A stretch of 63,833 nt of DNA, filler included, from Perkinsus chesapeaki ATCC PRA-425 (GCA_013115145.1; 7 parts of 7 records of this genome joined end to end with filler, not necessarily neighbours in it), one strand, 5' to 3'. Counted from the first letter of the whole stretch, positions 1-11,415 are shown. The notes: a model not told the origin generated them from the sequence alone. Numbers and translations: made by a program.

Positions 1-647
1 CACAAGTGATCTGAAGGGTATCAAAACTACTTGAGTCCGTGAATTGAGTTCTCGAGAGAGTTGGTTACAACAATAAGTGAAGCAGCACTTAAACGCAAGC
101 AGCAGGCAACAGCGAAAACAGTCAATTCGAGCAATCACAGTCACCCCATGAGTCGTCATCGAATCGCGCATTCTCTTCTATCCCTCCGACCATGGATAGG
201 ATACGTAGGGTTGGTCTGTGGACATCAGAGATGTAGCTTAAGGCCCAGTAGTACAAGGCCAGAACTGGTACAGGATTCCTACTAGTAGACAACATGCCAG
301 CGTACGCTGCCACCAGTGGTGGTGGCCCACCACCATGGCAGCCACTTCCCCGGCGACTCTCGCCCAAACTTCCGTGTCTTGGGGTTTCAGTGATCAGACT
401 CACAGTCTCATGATTCGCCAGCGTATATCTGTTGCTTATATTATGCTAAACGGTGTCAATCGTCGGCACTGGTTTCCTGGGACGGCACAGGCTCGTCCGG
501 TGGATTTTGCCACAGTTTTCATTCAACGGTAAATGACTATATTGGATCGCTAAATGGTACAAGCTTGTCATTGGTGCACTTAGGCAACTTAGAACTAAAC
601 AATACTTCCCCTCACAACTCACAAATGGCTAACATCTCAATACAAGT

Positions 648-763
648 GATATATGCTTTAATATATAAATAAAAGCGATAAATGCTTTAACTTCTTAATA
701 CAATTGATAAATGCTTTAATATATAAATGAAAGTGATAAATGCTTTAACTTCTTAATACAGGT
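648..763. repeat. 29-bp tandem repeat in an alternating A/B (58-bp higher-order) arrangement, 4 units
   Basis: gatatatgctttaatatataaataaaagc / gataaatgctttaacttcttaatacaatt / gataaatgctttaatatataaatgaaagt / gataaatgctttaacttcttaatacaggt. Confidence 0.9.
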
Positions 764-781
764 GAGAACTGATCATCACAT

Positions 782-1918
782 TCATACCAGTGATTCCTTA
801 TAGTTGGGCTTGTGAGCGTTGTGCAGTACTGCCCACTTACCGTGACGGAATACTACCATAGCCAGGGAGTTTGGACTGCCTTTCTTCGGTACAAAGGTGA
901 AAGCCTCTCCGTCATTATTACCAATAATATAAACACTCTGCACGATGTCATAACTTATCATCGTGGTCCGCTTTCGCATCCCCTGTACCACTTTTTCTCC
1001 ACCAGTGACCTCAGTAAACTTGAGTGCTTTCCCTCTGGGTAACCCCTTTCGCACCCCTTGGATCTCTGCCGTGTAAGCGGGACGTGTACTGACATAAGTC
1101 TGCATTCCATCAGTGCTCGCGTCTTGCGGAATAAGTCTACGGAATGTATACGTCTTGTCAGGATGACGATCTCGGCCAGTGAAGAAGAGGTTGAATTTGT
1201 CGGGTATCTCCCCGATCGGGTTCTGATAAGGGACGGATGTCATAAAGTCTAGTTCTGGTTGGTCTATATCACACGGCATGATTAACAGATGAGTGCGTTC
1301 GATTTGTTTGTTATCACCCTCGTTGTCCATTATTCTCATATAGCGGTTTGTGCCTTGAAAGGACCTTCTGATCTTCCTCCAAGCGAGCTTCTTCATATCA
1401 TTCCAGACGTCGGGTTTCTGCCCCTTCTTGACCCCACATCCCTTGAACTGTAATGAAGACTTCTGTTTCATCTTATCAACCCTCACAATAGGCGGGTAAG
1501 TGAGAACTTCACAGCTACGTGTTCCGGAACTTATACCTCCGTCTTTACCTGCGGTTGAATTGTAGATAAAGATATCCGTGAAATCGCCGTCCCGTTTCTT
1601 GGCCTCCCCAGCCATAGAGCCTCTCCCAAACCACGAAGGTGGCAGAAGACATCTGACGGTCCCTGGTTGTGTTCAGGAATATCCTCCGGTACACGAGCAC
1701 TGTCAGCCATGTCTCCACCCGGGGTGATATAGCAATCATCGGAGAGCTCGAGGCTACCGACAAAGCGTTTTTCGAATTCATCAAGTGACATTACGTTAGG
1801 CGAGGACTGTTGCTTGTGACTGGTGACTCACCAGTGGTGAGTAGACGATGACCATCCACACCGATAGCGAAGAGGATAAGTCTAATTTACGGCAACCAGC
1901 AGTAGAAGGAGACATCAT
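782..1918 (-). pseudogene. Frameshifted paralog of the secreted protein at 6790-7935 (only a 277-aa C-terminal ORF remains)
   Basis: Relative to copy 2: a 1-nt deletion near 1885, a 14-nt insertion at 1820-1841 and a 5-nt gain near 1610. The frame from the shared MMSPS start stops at 1796; ORFs 1531-1791 and 782-1615 carry the homologous sequence in different frames. Confidence 0.8.
1820..1841. other. +14-nt inverted-triplication scar, T=CTGGTGAG (putative transposon excision footprint)
   Basis: ctggtga-ctcaccag-tggtgag; the paralog has a single ctggtgag at 7850-7857. Confidence 0.8.
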
Positions 1919-2506
1919 AAACTTGGAAGCGCAAATGATAGTCCGTGACGGCCGGACTCTGCGAGAGAACAGACTCTCAAGAGGACTTTGCGCGACTACC
2001 GAATCTAGCCACCGCCACCACTTAACTGGACGCGTCAACCTATCTGAGCATGCCGATGAGTTCTCTAGTAGGCCCCAATACAGTATTATTGCCTCATTTT
2101 GCCAGTTGTAGAGGAGACAGAATGCCTAGCACTCTTTTCAGAAAGTGGCGAGTTCTGGTAGCCTACCTTCGTTCTAATATCAACTTTCTTCGCAAATGTT
2201 AAGGCGGGAAGTATACTATGCAAAGGTTGAGCTTTCAGATGAGAGTAGCTTGGAATAATTTGATGCTAGACCAGGGTATGCGAGAACTATATGCAAGTGA
2301 CGCGGGTAGACATTTCTTAGCTCTGCCGCTGAAAAGATGAACTTGTAACAGCTGTTTTGTGTCTTTTATAATTTATAACGGAAGAAATGTCCCAAAGGGA
2401 TTTTTCAAGTATCGTAATGGCTCTTAAAAGCAGGAATCCGCGAGTCCAGTATCAATGCCTCACCCTCAGCGAACGATTTACGCTGAGCGAGGTCGATCTA
2501 TGACGG

Positions 2507-2528
2507 CTCCAGGCCCTGGAGTCCAGGG
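2507..2528. other. +14-nt scar, T=CTCCAGGG
   Basis: ctccagg-ccctggag-tccaggg, a perfect match to the T1-7/rc(T)/T2-8 pattern. Confidence 0.75.
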
Positions 2529-2537
2529 CACGCATGC

Positions 2538-5216
2538 GTGCACATTTGTCGGCCCCGTTGCCTCAGTACTACTTGCCCTGTGCATACTTGGGTATGTATG
2601 GCTTTGTGTTTGTTCGTCTTAACCTTTCTTGGCAGCGAATCCCAGGTAGCTAGCGATGACCTCTGTGGACGCTTAAGCCGCTCTGGTGGGCGTACAGTTG
2701 TGGAAGAGTACGCAGTGGTGGACTTTCTCTGGGGGAGAGCTGACGAATTGAGCGATTGCCTCAACAGCCTCACTATGAGCAAGTTCAGCGCTCTGTTCAC
2801 TCTCCACAACTTGAAATATGGCGTAGCGGAATCGTATGCCTTCACCGACATGGCTGATGGTCTGAACCGCTCCATCGAGAACAACACGTGCGGTTTTAAG
2901 CTTCACGACCTCGACGTCGACCTCAAGGGTTTTATTGATGCTCAGATAAAAGCGTTCTCCGATATACTGCATCCTCTGACAATTGATGAGCAGTTAAATG
3001 TCCTCAAAGAAGATATGAAGGCAGCTCCTTTTCACTTTGGCCTGCTGCGTGAGTTCAATCGTCTCAATGATGCTCATACGATATATCTCGCACCCTTTGA
3101 TCCATTCTACTATGTGTTACCGATACGCTTCAACTCTCGTATGGATGGCAACAACCAGGTTATTACACTCGAACTTGTCGACCATGCTTCATACTATGAG
3201 CCGGTGTATAATTCCACTATCCTCCATAAAGATGGTGATATCGTGACCGAGATTGATGGTAAACCCGTGCTCCAGTGGATGCAAGACATGGTCTCCAACG
3301 ATTATGCTGGAACGTTGCAGGGTATGTTGCAGAGGATCAACCTTCGCTTTTTCGTAAACCGATATGTGAACCGTCCAGCGCTGCTCACTCCCCCACCAAC
3401 TGGACCTCTCGAGATCACCTTCAGCGACGGATCCACTGAGACCATCCATTGGCTAGGCGTTCTGACCGACTACAGCAAGATAGCTGGAAGAGATGTCGTG
3501 AATACGTCAGCTCTCAGTGAACTGTCGAACTATAATCCGGCTTTCGATGAAGCACTCAAGTTCGAGGAGAAATTCTATCCGGAGAGGCTTGAAACTCTCT
3601 GGAATACCATGAGAGCATCCATGCCACTAATGCGCAGGGAAGCTGCCGAGTTCATTAAAGCTATACATGATTCAAGTCGTCACGATGATACAAGAGAAGA
3701 TCCTCTAGGATATCTGAAAGCTCAGATGGCTCAGCCATCTGCAGCCGCAGCCATCATGGCTGCTGCTGATGCTGCTGCAGATCGGTGGGTCCAAGGTGTT
3801 GGCTACAGTTACTCTACTATCGGTGACGCAGTCGTCGTGTCCGTCCCCAGTTTCAAGCCAGTTGAGGCAATAGATAGTGAGGAAACTTTCGCTTCAGCAC
3901 TCTTCCTTGGGTTTCCCCAAGTTCAGGATTATGCACGTCAGCACGGTGTAACTCGGCTGCTCTTGGATGTCTCATCCAACGGCGGAGGTTTTGGTTGGTC
4001 GGTTTATGCCTTCTTGTGGTATTTTGTCGGCTCCGAGGAAGAAACATGCTCCCCTACGGTCCGGCGCATGACACAGACCTGGCAAACATGGGTTTCTTCT
4101 TTCGGCGTGAACTACAATCAGACGATCGATGAGTTCTTCTGTGAGAACCCTCTACTCGGTGGGTACAAGGGCTTCATTAAAGAAAGGTTTGAGATGCTGT
4201 ATGACTTGTTACGGTATGGTGAGCAGCACTTGGGCGTGCAATTCGATGAGGCAGGTGAGCTCTCGAGGTTGCATGACATCGAAGATAGAATACTCTCCAA
4301 GAGGCCGGTGACTAGAAGAGCAGCTGCTTTCAAGCAGTTTTTGAAAGAGAGACTTTTCCTGAACAGATCGACTGCGATCGGCCAACAGCTTGCCCCACAG
4401 TACGGTTGGTTTCTCTTCGATAACACAGGTATAATCAACCGAACTACTGGTGAACAATTCGTCCCTCCTCTCTCACAATACCAAAATGTTGACCTGCGCC
4501 ATTGGGGTACACCTTCCAATTACTCGACGCCAGGTATGGATGCTGGATGTGCATTTGTAATGGAGATGATGCCGAACATTGTCCCTTCGAGCTACGATAG
4601 GGAGTATTGGTCTGAGGTTTCTTTCGTGACGGATGGTAATTGTGGATCAGCATGTTCTATATTCACCCAAGTTCTCCAACTATCTGGCGCGGCCACTGCC
4701 TTCACATTTGGTTCCCTCGCTGATCAACCTATGGACGTCGCCTCTTTCGGGGGAGGCAACGTTCTCGCTTATGACGATGTTTCACCTTTACTCAACATGG
4801 CGGGTCATCTGGGTCACTGGGCTACCTTTGGAAGATCTGAGTGGTCTCAGATTACCAGAGAGTCGTGGGTGAACAAGCCTATGCCTTTCCCCACTTCGGC
4901 TACAGCATCATACACTTGGAACATTCTGCTGGCCAGTCAGCTAGGGCCAGACTCAATGCCCCGCCAGTTCTACAAGATTCCTGGTCACAAGCATTTGAAT
5001 ATGTGGGCTCGCAATTTGTCGGAGCGGAGCAGCATCCATGAGGCTATAGTCGAGTTCAACAGCTGGGATAGTTTAAAAGCAAACCCCCAGTTTAGGGAAT
5101 TTGGTGACTGCCCAGCCTATCACCTTACCAAGGAGCATGCGAGCTTCTCTGCTCGCGGGTCCTTTGTGCAGGTCGGCGTTATGGTGATCATCTCTGTCCT
5201 CTGGTGGGTGCACTAG
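2538..5216 (+). CDS. Intronless secreted or surface-anchored S41-family (tail-specific protease-like) serine peptidase; likely start at 2598
   Basis: 892-aa ORF with a signal-like MALCLFVLTFLG, a PDZ-like segment (GDIVTEIDGKP), the S41 motifs LLDVSSNGGG and VTDGNCGSACS, and a hydrophobic C-terminus (VGVMVIISVLWWVH). Confidence 0.8.
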   Translation: MHICRPRCLSTTCPVHTWVCMALCLFVLTFLGSESQVASDDLCGRLSRSGGRTVVEEYAVVDFLWGRADELSDCLNSLTMSKFSALFTLHNLKYGVAESYAFTDMADGLNRSIENNTCGFKLHDLDVDLKGFIDAQIKAFSDILHPLTIDEQLNVLKEDMKAAPFHFGLLREFNRLNDAHTIYLAPFDPFYYVLPIRFNSRMDGNNQVITLELVDHASYYEPVYNSTILHKDGDIVTEIDGKPVLQWMQDMVSNDYAGTLQGMLQRINLRFFVNRYVNRPALLTPPPTGPLEITFSDGSTETIHWLGVLTDYSKIAGRDVVNTSALSELSNYNPAFDEALKFEEKFYPERLETLWNTMRASMPLMRREAAEFIKAIHDSSRHDDTREDPLGYLKAQMAQPSAAAAIMAAADAAADRWVQGVGYSYSTIGDAVVVSVPSFKPVEAIDSEETFASALFLGFPQVQDYARQHGVTRLLLDVSSNGGGFGWSVYAFLWYFVGSEEETCSPTVRRMTQTWQTWVSSFGVNYNQTIDEFFCENPLLGGYKGFIKERFEMLYDLLRYGEQHLGVQFDEAGELSRLHDIEDRILSKRPVTRRAAAFKQFLKERLFLNRSTAIGQQLAPQYGWFLFDNTGIINRTTGEQFVPPLSQYQNVDLRHWGTPSNYSTPGMDAGCAFVMEMMPNIVPSSYDREYWSEVSFVTDGNCGSACSIFTQVLQLSGAATAFTFGSLADQPMDVASFGGGNVLAYDDVSPLLNMAGHLGHWATFGRSEWSQITRESWVNKPMPFPTSATASYTWNILLASQLGPDSMPRQFYKIPGHKHLNMWARNLSERSSIHEAIVEFNSWDSLKANPQFREFGDCPAYHLTKEHASFSARGSFVQVGVMVIISVLWWVH

Positions 5217-5280
5217 GAACAACTTGGTTAGGTCCCTAGGATTCAGCCATTTTTGTCGTCTGTTAACATAAGGAGTGTCT

Positions 5281-5372
5281 AGTCTTGTACTTATGGATTG
5301 TCCAGGCTTGTACTTCTGTATTATCCAGGCTTGTACTTATGGATTATCCAGTCTTGTTTTTTATGTTATTGA
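5281..5372. repeat. 23-bp tandem repeat, about 4 units
   Basis: ag(t/g)cttgtactt(a/c)tg(g/t)att(g/a)tcc repeated downstream of the protease stop. Confidence 0.8.
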
Positions 5373-6577
5373 TCAAGGAGTGATCGAGGAACATCAGATA
5401 GTTGTGGCGGGAATTGATTTGAAGTTCCCCTTTCGATCACGGAACGCATTTGTGGTAACCACTAGTACTATTGAACTGCTCATCGTTCCATTATACCTCC
5501 TTGTTAGAGGTTCCCTTCTCACACCTGGGAAACTCATTTCTGTGCGGCTGAATGAGTGGTTATTTTTCTTTTTTGTATTTTGTTGTCACAATACATGTGT
5601 GTCGAGTTTATGAGTGAAATGTAGCCACAGAGCTCCCTCATTGTAATTCACATGTGTAGGATTCTATCACAATGCCTTATGAAGGCGAGCTATTCTTCCA
5701 CGTGTGATGGCAAGAATAAATTATTTTGAATGATAACCTGGACGAGTTTCCTCGCATGTTGATAGTATCAGCATGCAAGCCTGAGCACCGGCATGTGTAT
5801 GCGTTCAATATATACGTGAGTGAGTTCCGCAAGATAGGCGCATTGTCGCCTACCTGAAGTAGAAACACACCCTTGAATATATGAGTGATTTCGAGCAGGG
5901 TAATCGACGAGAGTCGAGTCCCAGAGAGAGAGGGATACATATGCCACAAAAGCGCGCCGCAATGAGTGAAGCAGCACCCGAAGGCAAGCGAGCAACAGCG
6001 GATATAGACATCCGAGCAATTTCAGTCACCCCGTGAGTCTTCACCGAATCGCGCACTCTCTTCTCCTATCCCTCCGCAAAGGGGTAGGATACGGAGGCTC
6101 GGTCCGTGGAAATCAGTGATGTAACTCAAAGCCCAGTAGCATAAGGCCAGGGCGGATACAGGCTTCCTCCTAGTAGACATACTGCCAGCGTGGGCTGCCA
6201 CTGTGGCAGCCGCTAACCCGTCAACCCTCCATAATACTTTCGCCAAAGCTGTTATATGAGGCATATGGAGAAACAAGCGTGAGCATCGTCCTCCCTCCCT
6301 GGTTAAATATGTAACTATTGGTATCTTCGCAGCCTCTACTGACGGTCTTTGTTTCACTGAATGAAAGTCAAAATATGTCTGCATTTCCTTTCCTCTTTTC
6401 GCGGCCTGTAATACCTCAGAACAGACTCGTCCGGTGGATTGTGCTACAGTGACCATTCTACGGTAAATGGCGATATCGGATCGCTAATTGGTACAAGCTC
6501 GTCATTATGGTGCACTATTGGCAACTTGGAACTAAACAATACTTACCCTAACAACTGGCAAATAGCTAACATCTGAA

Positions 6578-6751
6578 TACAAGTGATAAATGCTTTAATA
6601 CCTCAGTACAAGTGATAAATGCTTTAATACCTCAGTACAAGTGATAAATGCTTTAATACCTCAGTACAAGTGATAAATGCTTTAATACCTCAATACAAGT
6701 GATAAATGCTTTAATACCTCAGTACAAGTGATAAATGATTAACATCCTGAT
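6578..6751. repeat. 29-bp tandem repeat, 5 near-identical units plus 1 degenerate
   Basis: tacaagtgataaatgctttaatacctcag repeated. Confidence 0.95.
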
Positions 6752-6789
6752 CCAAGTGAGAACTGGTCATCACCTAACGTGATTCACCT

Positions 6790-7935
6790 TCATACAAGTG
6801 ATTCATTATATTTGGGCTTGTAAGCGTTCTGCAGCACTGCCCACTTGCCGTGGCGGAATACCACCATGGCTCGAAAGTTCTGCTTCTTGTGTAGAAAGGT
6901 AAAAGCTTCTCCTTCATTATCACCAATAGTATAAACAGTGTGCACGATTCCATTATCTACCGTCGTATGTTTCCTTTTAATTCTCTGTTCCACTTTTTCC
7001 CCACCAATTTCCTCAGTGAACTTGAGTGCTTTCCTTCTGGGTACCCCATTTCGCAACCCTTCTTGGATCACTGCCGTATAAGCCGGGCGTGTACTGACAT
7101 AAGTCTGCATCCGTGTCTCATCTCTCATCTCTGACGTAGTCTCATCCGTGCCTACGTCTTGCGGAATAAGTCTACGGAAGGTATACGTCTGATCGTGGTG
7201 CCCATCTCGTCCAGTGAAGAAGAGGTTGAATTTGTCGGGTATCCCACCTATCGGGTTCTCATAAGCGACGGATGTCATAAAGTCTATTTTTGGTTGGTCT
7301 ATATCACACGGCATGATTAATAGATGGGTGCGTTCGATTTGTTTGCCATCGCCCTCGTTGTCTATCATTCTCATATTGCGGTATGTGTCTTTCAAGGCTT
7401 TTCTGATCTTCCTCCAAGCGAGCTTCTTCATATCATTCCAGACGTCGCGTTTCTGTGCCTTCTTGACCCCACATCCCTTGAACAGCAATGAAGACTCCTG
7501 TTTCATCTTATCAACGCTCACAATAGGCGGGTTAGTGAGAACTTCACAGCTACGTGTTTCGGAACTTATACCTCCGTGTTTATCTGCAGTTGAATTGTAC
7601 ATGAACATATCCGTGAAATCGCCGTCCCGTTTCTTGGCCACACATAGAGCCTCTCCCAAACCACGAAAGTGACAGAAGACATCTGACGGTCCCTGGTTGT
7701 GTTCAGGGATATCCTCCGGTACACGAGCACTGTCAACCATGTCTCCACCCGGGGTGATATAGCAATCATCGGAGAGCTCGAGGCTACCGACAAAGCGTTT
7801 TTCGAATTCATCAAGTGATATTACGTTAGGCGAGGACTGTTGCTTGTGACTGGTGAGTAGACGACGACCTTCCACACCGACGGTGAGGAGGATAAGGCTG
7901 ATCTTGCGGTAACCAGCAGTAGAAGGAGACATCAT
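6790..7935 (-). CDS. Intronless lineage-specific secreted protein, 381 aa, function unknown
   Basis: Open ORF with an N-terminal hydrophobic signal (ISLILLTVGVEG) followed by RRLL, and a paralog at 782-1918. Confidence 0.75.
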   Translation of the reverse strand: MMSPSTAGYRKISLILLTVGVEGRRLLTSHKQQSSPNVISLDEFEKRFVGSLELSDDCYITPGGDMVDSARVPEDIPEHNQGPSDVFCHFRGLGEALCVAKKRDGDFTDMFMYNSTADKHGGISSETRSCEVLTNPPIVSVDKMKQESSLLFKGCGVKKAQKRDVWNDMKKLAWRKIRKALKDTYRNMRMIDNEGDGKQIERTHLLIMPCDIDQPKIDFMTSVAYENPIGGIPDKFNLFFTGRDGHHDQTYTFRRLIPQDVGTDETTSEMRDETRMQTYVSTRPAYTAVIQEGLRNGVPRRKALKFTEEIGGEKVEQRIKRKHTTVDNGIVHTVYTIGDNEGEAFTFLHKKQNFRAMVVFRHGKWAVLQNAYKPKYNESLV

Positions 7936-9167
7936 AAACTTGGAAGCGCAAATAATAGGTAAACTTATTATTGGGCGAGCTCGTACAATTCTGCGCGATA
8001 TGCAGCGGAGCGAAGCGATTCATGAATAACACTTTTAATTTCTGCATTTTGCTTGCGCAAGTATTGTATGTTTCTCCGGCATCGTTCACACCGGTTCTCG
8101 CTGAGGAAGGTCCAGTCAGTATACGAGAAGTTTTCGAAGCCCATGGGCTGGTCCGACTGGCAGCGCTCCTCACCTGACGAACCTCTTGGCAATCCTGACC
8201 TACAAACAACCGAAGATGATGCAATACGTAAGCGAGCACTGAAATAAGGAGGAATAATCACAGTATTTCGAACAATCGCACTTTCGGACCGTTTGTGGGT
8301 CCTTGGGCCGTTAAGTGGGCGCGTGGGGCGGCTGTGATGAGCCGACTGAGAATATCGTAACGAATGCCGCTCGGACTCGATGTTTTCCAGGATGGCCACC
8401 AAACGCCCTATCAGTTCTGATCGAGCAGCTCTCGATCAACCTCGGACGTAAATCTAAATTGAGCCAATTGGATACTCTGACAACCGGTTTTGTTAATTGC
8501 TACCAATAGGCAATGCAGCACAATTCGCAAACTCTATATAGGCCACCTCAAAACTTTTTATTAGAGCTTAATTATCGGAATAGTAGGCTGTAGATCGTGC
8601 AGTGTGGGAGGTGGTCCGATGAGTGTGATGATGATAGTTGGTCAATTTAATTGTTACTTTACGAGGCCATGAAGTCTGAGATGTCAACGTCATCCAACCC
8701 GGGTGAACATTGACGGTGTCTTGGTCAGGTAAGAGGAGAAAACTAGATTCGATGGTGGGCGGTGCGCTCTTGTCGATATGGCTCTTGATGATGATTTATG
8801 CCCGAAACGATCGGTCGATGGTGGCCCTTGGCAACGAGGGGGGCAATCGAAAAGTTGACGACTGGGCGGACGAGTTCAAAGAATAGAGGTTCCCCGCGGT
8901 GCGGAGTTTTGAGAAGATGTGGGCGTTTCAGGACGGTCTGCTGCCCTGTGTCGCGATAGAAGGGCTCGGCCAAGGGTAACTGATTTGGTGATTCTTCTGC
9001 ACGCATGCGCAACGAACTATCTTAGATGTTGATATAATATAAATGTTTCTGACGTATTTCCTAGCTGAGTTGTTGATGTACATAACAAAGCTAAATGATA
9101 ATGAAGACTACCTCAGCTGCTTGCAGAGCAGTGCCACTGCCTGCGAAACGGTTTTAGCAGACTGCCA

Positions 9168-11415
9168 ATGCGATTTCGTACCTTGGCTTCTCGTGGCCGG
9201 CGAGGTTTGCTGCTGTCCGTGCCGGCAGATCTCCTTTAAAATGCACCGTCTCTCTAAAGCCACTTACGTGCACCCATTGTCTTATCTCTATGGCCGATCA
9301 ACCTGCAGTGGATGATGCCAGGTCGGACCTGGACGCTCGCCTTGCTTCCGTGATGAAGGCTTCTCCGGCGGTCGTCGAGAAACTGAGTGAGGTTTGCTGG
9401 CTTACGGCCATCGTGCTCATACCGCTCCTTTGTAGAATCACGAGGGAAGATGCTGGCACGCGACCGTCTCGCGCATCTGGCTGACGAAGAGAATGGATCG
9501 ATTCTTGAGCTCAGCACCCTCGCCGCCGACGGCCTCTATGAAGGCCGATTCCCCAGCGCTGGACTCGTGACCGCTATTGCCAAGGTGCGCGGGCAAATGT
9601 TCGACTTTGGTGATAGTTGAACTAGGTTTGCGGCGTGTGGTGCGCAGTTATGATCAACGAAGGCTCTACGATGGGCGGTACTTGGGTTGGTCTCTCCTGC
9701 GAGAAGGTAAATCTTGGGTGAGCTGGTCGGTCATTCAGCAAGATATATTTGTATGTAAAGTGAGGGCAAGAATGGTCGTCATTGTTCTCCCCTCGCGGAC
9801 GTATTAATTTCCCGGCTGCTGTATCGGCCAAGTTCTCACCTGACACACAGTTCACTAAAAATAGAACTGTTAAGTCGATCGATTCCCAATCCCTACTAGC
9901 GCCCTCCCTAGGCACTCCGTCTCCAAGAGATAGCGATGAAGCTCGGTCTACCAGCACTGTAAGCAGAAGCAGCAGCAGCATCTTTTCTGTCGCCATCGAC
10001 TCAGCATTAGTTACATAGTCGATTCCGGTGGAGCATTCTTGCATACTCAAGCGGAGACATTCCCAGAAAAATTCGGGCGCATTTTTGCCAACGAAGCTAA
10101 GATGTCCGTAAGCCCTGCCCTTCACCGCGTGTGTTCGATGAGCCCTGGCCGCCGCCCCACAGGCGCAGGGAAGACCTCAGCTGGCAGCAGTGGTCGGCAT
10201 GTCGACAGCTGGAGGGGCTTACGTAATGACAAAGATCGATCTACGGGCTAGAAGTGTCAGATCCCTGCCATGTGCGACGAGATTGTCATGTGCGAAACAA
10301 ACGGCACAATTTACCTTGCGGGTCCCCCGCTGGTCAGAGCGGCCACAGGAGAAGTCGTCACCGAACAGGATCTTGGCGGTGCAGTTGTCCACAACAACAT
10401 CAGTGGTAAAAGGTTCAACCCGTGTAGAGGGCCAGGTATCTCTCAGGCGTGTCCGACCAGATTTCACCTCTGCCGCAAGGTTGCAAGGGCCCGGTCCCCC
10501 TGGAGGTCGAGAAGTCGGCCATTGCTATGTTGAGGCAGCTGACAGAAGCCCACTGTGAAAGATTTAAAAGCTCTTTTGTCACTCCATTGCCGACCATTGA
10601 ACGAGGCAAGAACCATCCTAGAGATGCAATAGAAGTAAATACAACTCTCGGGAACGCAGGCAGTCTTGGTTCAGCTCCTGGACGAGCTGCTAGATGGAGG
10701 TGTCACGAAAGGCTTCAAAGAGTTCATGCCCGACGCTGGTCAGGTGGGGACAAGCACAATCCACTTTGTCAGATGTTGCATCAGTCTATCCTTGCTGGTT
10801 TCGGGCAACTAACGGCCCACGGTGGCGAAGTTGCATTCATGGTCGGCCGGAGTGGGCAGTTGTCGAGAGAAGATGCCCAGAAGGGGGTGAGTATCCTCCG
10901 CGCTTCGTGATGGCACGCTTTGGTAGATTCGTTTTATAAAAATGCTGAACAAGAAGGCCGCCCGATTCCACCATCTCTGCCTCGTTGTTGTCCACACCAA
11001 AAGAGTCTTAAACGAGGACGATCGCGCCAGCGCGGAGTTTTATAGGAAGCTCCACTTGATCAAGGTCCCGAAGATCGCCGTTGTTACCGGAGATAGTTTC
11101 ATAAATGCCAAATTGCCCAGCCTAAGAACTGCCCGAGTACGCCCGATGAAGCCAACGGTATCTTTCAGCCACTCTTCCTCAGTTGGCTCTCCCAGCCTCC
11201 CCGACGGCGAGCTGCCTGGATTTCGCATTTCGGTTTCAATGGCCTGAAGCCACCGATGCTTATAAAGGTAGATGAAGTTACTAATCGATTCACTTCTGGC
11301 GCCAGATACCGCTCTCCTTCTCGACGATGGCGTGATCGACGCTCGGGACACTAAGTTGGTTGTGACGCAATGTGCCAGCATATGCAGGCAGCGTTCTGTT
11401 TCCGCATGTCTGTAG
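9168..11415 (+). CDS. MCCC2: Methylcrotonyl-CoA carboxylase beta (carboxyltransferase) subunit, multi-exon; boundaries approximate
   Basis: Exon peptides LARDRLAHLAD, ILELSTLAADGLYEGRFPSAGLVTAI, VMINEGSTMGGT, YIVDSGGAFLHTQAETFP, FGRIFANEAKMS, TAGGAYV, IYLAGPPLVRAATGEVVTEQDLGGA, VPKIAVVTGDSF, DDGVIDARDT; Arg-rich transit-like N-terminus MRFRTLASRGRR. Confidence 0.85.

Larger units (their letters stand above)
40..1940. repeat. ~1.9 kb segmental duplicate, copy 1 (paralogous to ~5910-7958)
   Basis: Colinear nucleotide similarity, e.g. agtgaagcagcac (76/5965), ggtacaagct, the 29-bp repeat tract, the minus-strand gene, ending at acttggaagcgcaaa (1921/7938). Boundaries are approximate. Confidence 0.9.
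5910..7958. repeat. ~2 kb segmental duplicate, copy 2
   Basis: Homologous to 40-1940 across non-coding flank, repeat tract and gene. Confidence 0.9.

Noticed and set aside
648-6751. 29-bp repeats as a CRISPR array
   Set aside because: The units are head-to-tail with no unique spacers, there are no cas genes, and the context is eukaryotic.
9622-10125. Antisense ORF with a signal-like LLLLLL stretch inside the MCC beta gene
   Set aside because: It overlaps MCC exons on the opposite strand, and the Leu run is the complement of an (agc)n tract. There is no independent support.
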